A stretch of 63,404 bases of DNA from Gemmatimonas sp. (lineage in GTDB: Bacteria > Gemmatimonadota > Gemmatimonadetes > Gemmatimonadales > Gemmatimonadaceae): positions 1 through 63,404 of the forward strand of contig JANNVQ010000027.1 of NCBI GenBank assembly GCA_031414535.1, in the 5' to 3' direction. Position numbers and translations under genes: made by a program. Shown here piece after piece: positions 58,442 through 63,404 of this stretch; position 1 is the first letter of the stretch, and each line of letters opens with the position of its first letter. The notes beneath the pieces are model-generated. The model saw only the letters and a program-made list of their open reading frames with translations. It was not told the origin of the DNA and did no database searches.

Positions 58442-59638
58442 CTAGCGACGCACGCCGCTCGACCACACCGGCGCCTGCTCTACCGTGCGCCACGGAAGCG
58501 TAGGCCACCAGCGCTCCACTCCCCCAACCATCGCCGGCTCCACCATCCCGCCCGGCCGTGGCGTTGCGATTCGCACGCCCGACGTGATTGCTGCAGCAAC
58601 CACGCGCTCCATCGGCTCAGTCCATCCGTGCAGCGCGAGATCGAACAATCCCCAGTGTACGGGCAGCATCACGTTGCCGCGCACGAGTTGATGCGCGAGC
58701 ACTGCCTGCTCGGGACCGAGATGGACATCGGCCCACATCGCGTCGTACGCACCCGCTTCGATCATCGTGAGATCGAACGGGCCAAGCCGCTCGCCAATAC
58801 TCGTGAACTCGTCATGGAGCGCCGTGTCACCGCTGTAGAAGACGCCGTGCGTAGCGCCACGAAACGCCCAACCGGCCCACAGCGATTGCCCAGCGCCGCG
58901 CAAGCCACGTCCTGAGAAGTGACGCGCGGGCGTCGCGGTGATGGTGAGCCCGTTCACTCGCACGTCCGCCCACCAGTCGAGCTCCGTAATCGTCGCTGCC
59001 TTCACACCCCACGACTCGAGGTGCGCGCCGACGCCGAGCGGCACGATCCAGCGCATGTCGCGCTCGGCGAGCAGCTTCACCGTCGGCATATCGAGATGAT
59101 CGTAGTGGTCGTGCGAGATGATGATGATATCAACCGGCGGGAGGTCTGCTATCGCGAGCGGGGGCGCGAAGAAACGCTTTGGGCCAAAGAACGGGAATGG
59201 CGACACACGTTCTCCCCACACGGGATCAATGAGCACGCGCGCCCCGTCAATCTCAAGCAGCATCGTTGAGTGTCCGAGCCAGGTCACGCGCAGACCACTC
59301 GCAGGGGGCGTGACGTAGTCCGCAGCGCTGCGACGCTCTACTGGCAACGGCGCATTGGGCACGCGAACATCGGACCCACCAAAGAGGAACTCGCGAAGCA
59401 TTCGACCCGTCGGCCCGTCCACGCGAGGTAGCGCATTCTCAAACTTCCCGTCGCGCCACTGTGGCGAACGCTCGGCGTTTTGCAATCGATCTCCTTGCAT
59501 GACGCCTCCAACCGCATCACGTGAGACGAACCACAGGGCGCCGCTCGCCGCGAGTGCGAGTGCGAGCAGCACGAGCACAGACTTCACAGCGAATCGGGCA
59601 ATCGCTGCGGTGGTTCCGGCGAGAGTCGTTCGCATCAT
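58442..59638 (-). CDS. MBL-fold hydrolase (RomA / NAPE-PLD-like), membrane-anchored
   Basis: WLGHS, ISHDHYDHLD, PARHFSGR, GDT, PVHWG.F.L. Confidence 0.9.
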   Translation of the reverse strand: MMRTTLAGTTAAIARFAVKSVLVLLALALAASGALWFVSRDAVGGVMQGDRLQNAERSPQWRDGKFENALPRVDGPTGRMLREFLFGGSDVRVPNAPLPVERRSAADYVTPPASGLRVTWLGHSTMLLEIDGARVLIDPVWGERVSPFPFFGPKRFFAPPLAIADLPPVDIIIISHDHYDHLDMPTVKLLAERDMRWIVPLGVGAHLESWGVKAATITELDWWADVRVNGLTITATPARHFSGRGLRGAGQSLWAGWAFRGATHGVFYSGDTALHDEFTSIGERLGPFDLTMIEAGAYDAMWADVHLGPEQAVLAHQLVRGNVMLPVHWGLFDLALHGWTEPMERVVAAAITSGVRIATPRPGGMVEPAMVGGVERWWPTLPWRTVEQAPVWSSGVRR

Positions 59639-60273
59639 CTTGGCGTCCGAAGAATTGTCACCACGGCCACCGCGCGTGTCGGCACCCGCCCCACGCTGGT
59701 GTGCCGCAGTAGGATCCTCGTGTTTCGCCGCACATTGCAGACGATAGTCTCCTTGGGGCCGCGCGAATCCGGCACGCAGATGAGATCCGCCGCCAGCTCC
59801 AATGGCTGCGGCTCACCTCGCGGCGCCTTCGCGTCTACGGTGATGCGATGCCAGCCCGGCTTGAGCTCCCAGGCTCGCACTTGACCCGGCGAGAGCCAGA
59901 CGGAATCGGAGAATACGCGCTCGCTCACATGCACAATGCCGCGCAGCCGAAGACTGGGCGCAATCTCAATCCGGACACTTGTCTGCCCCACATCGAGCGG
60001 AAGCGCCTTGCCATCGACAAGACGCGCGACGGTTGAGTCTTCAACAATAAGCGCAGGTACAGAGATGGTATCCAGACGCCCGCTATTCCGCTCGGCCACA
60101 GCGCGGAACTGAAAGGCCGAGTCGCCAACGTTGAGCTGGACGAAGCTTTCAACGAGGCGGGCGCGGCTGATGTCAGCGCGGACACTGCCCGCATCATCGC
60201 GACCGCAGCTCGCGAGCGCCCACACCGCCGCGAGCACCAACCGTACAGATTGCACGATTCGCCGTCGCCGCAT
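59635..60273 (-). CDS. Hypothetical lipoprotein with Ig-like domains
   Basis: RRRR + hydrophobic + LASC lipobox; beta-rich; ATGA overlap with next gene. Confidence 0.6.
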   Translation of the reverse strand: MRRRRIVQSVRLVLAAVWALASCGRDDAGSVRADISRARLVESFVQLNVGDSAFQFRAVAERNSGRLDTISVPALIVEDSTVARLVDGKALPLDVGQTSVRIEIAPSLRLRGIVHVSERVFSDSVWLSPGQVRAWELKPGWHRITVDAKAPRGEPQPLELAADLICVPDSRGPKETIVCNVRRNTRILLRHTSVGRVPTRAVAVVTILRTPR

Positions 60274-60377
60274 CAGAGCCCCTATTGGCCGTGGTACACC
60301 GCTGCCACCCGTCGCGAAGCACAACCCATTACCAAACGCGTGTGGCAATTCACACAGCAGTCGTTCGATAGCCTGAC

Positions 60378-61454
60378 CTAGCCTAGATCGCCAGCCAACC
60401 GCTCCTCAATATCCGCGAGGTGCAGCGCATCCATCATCTCATCAATCTTCCCGTCCATCACACCGGTGAGATCATGCGTCGTGAACCCAATACGATGATC
60501 CGTCACGCGCGACTGCGGATAATTGTACGTGCGAATCTTCGCCGAGCGGTCACCGGTGCTCACCTGCGACTTCCGCATCCGCGAACGCTCCGCTTCCTGC
60601 TCCGCGATCCTCAAGTCGAGCAAGCGCGACCGCAGCACTTCCATCCCCTTCAGCTTGTTCTGCAGCTGCGACTTCTGATCCTGCTGCGAGACCACGAGCC
60701 CAGACGGGATGTGCGTGATGCGCACCGCAGAGTCCGTGGTGTTCACGGACTGCCCACCAGGCCCTGACGCGCGAAACACGTCAATGCGCAGGTCCTTGTC
60801 CTCGATCTTCATGTCGATTTCATCAGCTTCAGGCAGCACCGCAACGGTGGCCGCCGACGTATGAATGCGTCCAGCCGCTTCGGTGGCGGGCACGCGTTGC
60901 ACGCGGTGCACGCCACTTTCGAATCGCAGCGCACCGAATGCCTGTGGGCCGCTGACTTTAAACACGGCTTCCTTGAGCCCGCCGAGCGTGCCGTCGCCCA
61001 TCGAGATGATCTCGATGCGCCAGCCGCCATGCCGCTCGATGTAGCGCGTATACATGCGGTAGAGGTCGGCCGCGAATAGCGCCGCCTCGTCCCCGCCGGT
61101 GCCGGCGCGGATTTCGACGATGGCATTGCGATCGTGCAGCGGATCGGGCGGCACGAGCAGCGGGCGGAGTTCCAACTCCGCCCGCTCAATAGCCGCGCTG
61201 AGGCGCTCGACTTCGCGCCTCGCCTCAGCGGCCATCTCGGGATCGTCAAATGACAAGAGCTCGCGCGCTTGCACGAGCTCAGTGTCCATTCTCTCGAGAT
61301 TGCGGGCGCGCTCGACCACTTGGCTGAGGCGCTGATGCTCCCGACCGAGGGACGCGAAGAACTTCGCGTCCTTGACTGTCTTGGGATCGAGAAGGTCGCG
61401 CTCGACAGACTCGGCGCGCCGAAGCGCGTCGGCTAGCCGGTCGCGGATACTCAG
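60378..61454 (-). CDS. prfA: Peptide chain release factor 1 (probable CTG start)
   Basis: [16 protein letters not shown] (RF1 PxT), GPGGQ, RTYN..Q.R.TDHRI; frame open 45 codons upstream of GTG 61319, giving 358 aa. Confidence 0.93.
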   Translation of the reverse strand: MSIRDRLADALRRAESVERDLLDPKTVKDAKFFASLGREHQRLSQVVERARNLERMDTELVQARELLSFDDPEMAAEARREVERLSAAIERAELELRPLLVPPDPLHDRNAIVEIRAGTGGDEAALFAADLYRMYTRYIERHGGWRIEIISMGDGTLGGLKEAVFKVSGPQAFGALRFESGVHRVQRVPATEAAGRIHTSAATVAVLPEADEIDMKIEDKDLRIDVFRASGPGGQSVNTTDSAVRITHIPSGLVVSQQDQKSQLQNKLKGMEVLRSRLLDLRIAEQEAERSRMRKSQVSTGDRSAKIRTYNYPQSRVTDHRIGFTTHDLTGVMDGKIDEMMDALHLADIEERLAGDLG

Positions 61455-61657
61455 ACGGTCGCCTTCCCGTCCTTCTGACGGAAGCGCTCAACACGGCCAG
61501 CGGTGTCGATTAGCTTCTGCTTGCCCGTGAAGAACGGGTGGCAAGCCGCGCAGATGTCGGTATGGATCTCGGCGATGGTCGAGCGCGTCTGGAACTTGTT
61601 GCCGCAGGCGCAGGACACGGTCGCGGTAGCGTACGTCGGATGGATTTCGGGCTTCAT
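61451..61657 (-). CDS. rpmE: 50S ribosomal protein L31 (Zn-binding type)
   Basis: [28 protein letters not shown]. Confidence 0.97.
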   Translation of the reverse strand: MKPEIHPTYATATVSCACGNKFQTRSTIAEIHTDICAACHPFFTGKQKLIDTAGRVERFRQKDGKATV

Positions 61658-61742
61658 TTCGGCCTCAGGTGCGGATTCGGAGCGAGCCAAGAATATTAGT
61701 CGAGGCAGGCGGTAAAATGCAAGGTGACAAGGGTTTGAACGT

Positions 61743-61771
61743 TTGACAGCGTCCGCGGCTGGGGCTACCTT
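61743..61771 (+). promoter_or_regulatory. sigma70 promoter of the crp-like gene
   Basis: TTGACA-17 nt-TACCTT. Confidence 0.7.
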
Positions 61772-61860
61772 CGCCTCATATTTATAGATGCCGTGACGCC
61801 ACATGTATAGACGTTAGATGCATGAGACGTTCCTTCCCGGTTCACACCCCACTTCGCCAT

Positions 61861-62532
61861 ATGAGCACGGCTGACTTTCTCTCCACCGTTCCACTCTTCA
61901 AGTCGCTGGGTGCGGAAGTCGGCGCCTTTGCGCTGATGGCTCGCGAGAAAAGCTATCCCAAGGGCAGCGTCATTCTCTTCGAAGATGATCCGGGCGACTC
62001 GCTCTTTGTGGTTCGCGAGGGGCGCGTGAAGGTCGTGCTCGTCGCCGAAGATGGCCGCGAAGTCATTCTCGGGATTCTCGGTGTTAGCGAACACTTCGGC
62101 GAGTTGTCGCTCATTGACGATCAGCCGCGCTCGGCACACGTGGTGGCCATGGAAGACTCCACCCTCCTCGTGCTGCGCCGCGACGACTTCCGCCGCCGTG
62201 TAGAGCAGAGTCCGCTGGTGGCTTGGGCCTTGCTCGTCGAGCTCTCGCGGCGGCTCCGTCGCGCGGACGACAAGATTGGATCGCTGGTTCTGCTTGATGT
62301 CCCCGGGCGCATCGCCCGCGTGATCCTAGACGCCGCCGACGAGGGCGGAACGGAAGAGATTGAGCGGCCCCTGACGCATCAGACGATCGCGCAGGTCATT
62401 GGGGCGAGCCGCGAGACCGTCTCGCGCGCGATGCGCGAGTTCGTGGAAGCCGGATGGATCTCCACCGAGCGCCGCCGCATCCGCATCACCAATCGGGCGG
62501 CGCTGGACAAGCGCTCGCAGCAACGCCTATGA
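61861..62532 (+). CDS. Crp-family cNMP-binding transcriptional regulator
   Basis: FGELSL...PRSA cNMP pocket; HTH THQ.IA..IG.SRETVSR. Confidence 0.93.
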   Translation: MSTADFLSTVPLFKSLGAEVGAFALMAREKSYPKGSVILFEDDPGDSLFVVREGRVKVVLVAEDGREVILGILGVSEHFGELSLIDDQPRSAHVVAMEDSTLLVLRRDDFRRRVEQSPLVAWALLVELSRRLRRADDKIGSLVLLDVPGRIARVILDAADEGGTEEIERPLTHQTIAQVIGASRETVSRAMREFVEAGWISTERRRIRITNRAALDKRSQQRL

Positions 62533-62537
62533 GCCCT

Positions 62538-62553
62538 TGTGACGCGAATCACA
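62538..62553. promoter_or_regulatory. CRP-type binding site
   Basis: Perfect TGTGA-CGCGAA-TCACA, 73 nt upstream of the MBL gene. Confidence 0.75.
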
Positions 62554-62626
62554 GGTACCCAGTGATGCCCTTCCTTCATGTTTTGCCCCCCTCGGGGGCA
62601 GATTTCAGTGTGACTTCGGGGGAGCG

Positions 62627-63404
62627 ATGAGCTTGCGGGTCCGTTTCTGGGGGACTCGAGGGTCCATTCCGACACCTGGGGCTCAGACGGTGCGGTATGG
62701 CGGAAATACGCCGTGTGTGGAAGTCCGGACTGACGCGGGGTGGCTAATCATCCTCGACGCCGGGACGGGGATTCGCGAACTGGGGCGAGATTTGCTGGGG
62801 CGCTCAAACGGTGCGCCTATTACGGGAGACCTTTTCCTGACGCACGCGCACTGGGACCACATTCAGGGGATTCCGTTCTTCGCGCCGATTTTTGGACGAG
62901 GTAATCACTTTACGATTTGGGGCTCCGAATCTTTGGAACGGAGCTTTGCGAAGGTATTAAAGGATCAGATGTCGCCGGTGGTGTTCCCCGTCAGCTTCGA
63001 GGAACTGGACGCCACGATTGACTTTAAGGGATTGCCGGAAGGCACTCCCACGGGCGGAACGGGGTACGAAGTCACGGCTTTTGCGGTGCAGCACCCCGGC
63101 GGTGCGCTCGGCTACCGGTTCACGTCGGCTGGCCAGCACGAAGGGGGACTGGTCTACGTGTCTGACAACGAGCTCTCGCCGCACCCGCGGTACGACTCGC
63201 CGCCGGATTGGCGGGACAAAATGGTGGAGTTCGTGCGTGGCGCGCAGGTCTTGGTGCACGACACGACCTACACCGCTGAGGAGTACGACCACCACCGCGG
63301 TTGGGGGCACTCGACCTACGCGGAGGCGGTGCAGTTGGCACTCGAGGCCGAAGTGGGGACTCTCGTGCTGTTCCATCACGAACCCCGGCGCACCGACGAC
63401 CAGC
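62627..63404 (+). CDS. MBL-fold metallo-hydrolase (RNase Z / phosphodiesterase-like), 3' truncated by window
   Basis: Hand translation MSLRVRFWGTRGSIPTPGAQTVRYGGNTPCVEV, DAGTG, THAHWDHIQG, HPG, GHS, FHHEP; SD GGAG. Confidence 0.9.
   Translation, partial: MSLRVRFWGTRGSIPTPGAQTVRYGGNTPCVEVRTDAGWLIILDAGTGIRELGRDLLGRSNGAPITGDLFLTHAHWDHIQGIPFFAPIFGRGNHFTIWGSESLERSFAKVLKDQMSPVVFPVSFEELDATIDFKGLPEGTPTGGTGYEVTAFAVQHPGGALGYRFTSAGQHEGGLVYVSDNELSPHPRYDSPPDWRDKMVEFVRGAQVLVHDTTYTAEEYDHHRGWGHSTYAEAVQLALEAEVGTLVLFHHEPRRTDDQ

Noticed and set aside
60378..61657. prfB-style programmed frameshift or an rpmE-prfA fusion
   Set aside because: The protein has the RF1 PAT motif, its frame is continuous, and no CTTTGA slippery site is present; a non-canonical start is simpler.

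Overview
High-GC bacterial chromosomal segment made up mostly of core genes. Gene order and protein style suggest Gemmatimonadota; this is inference, not a database result. Contents: DUF2723 membrane protein, two tRNA-Ser genes, gltX, a LexA-like repressor, a minus-strand operon (trxA, rsmI, DUF4159, DUF4175, TPR, GATase-like, JAB-DinG, FAA hydrolase), mce, pdxJ, ispE-tRNA-Gln-(rmlD)-prs-rplY-pth-hppA-ychF-rpsF-rpsR-rplI-rsfS, an Omp85/PD40/zincin protein, two SPOR proteins, smc, aroF, ctp-tmk-ylbF-prmC, a 10.7 kb accessory-looking block (esterases, tex, CsbD, Ser/Thr kinase, PilT-like, SET, MBL), prfA-rpmE, crp and a partial MBL hydrolase. No transposase, integrase, reverse transcriptase, cas gene or rRNA was recognised. 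The most striking signal is a family of intergenic inverted-repeat elements built from a 7-nt unit (arm consensus TGGACGGAAGACGGATGACGGATGC, 6 copies). One copy carries a four-helix-bundle (23S IVP/Avd-like) gene between 27-bp arms and fills almost the whole hppA-ychF gap; the other copies are empty. A second family with 8-nt units has 2 copies. Also notable: prfA apparently needs a CTG start overlapping the rpmE stop; four Hpt-like domains all have His replaced by Arg; the LexA-like protein lacks its cleavage site and catalytic residues; and a perfect CRP box lies between crp and an MBL hydrolase.
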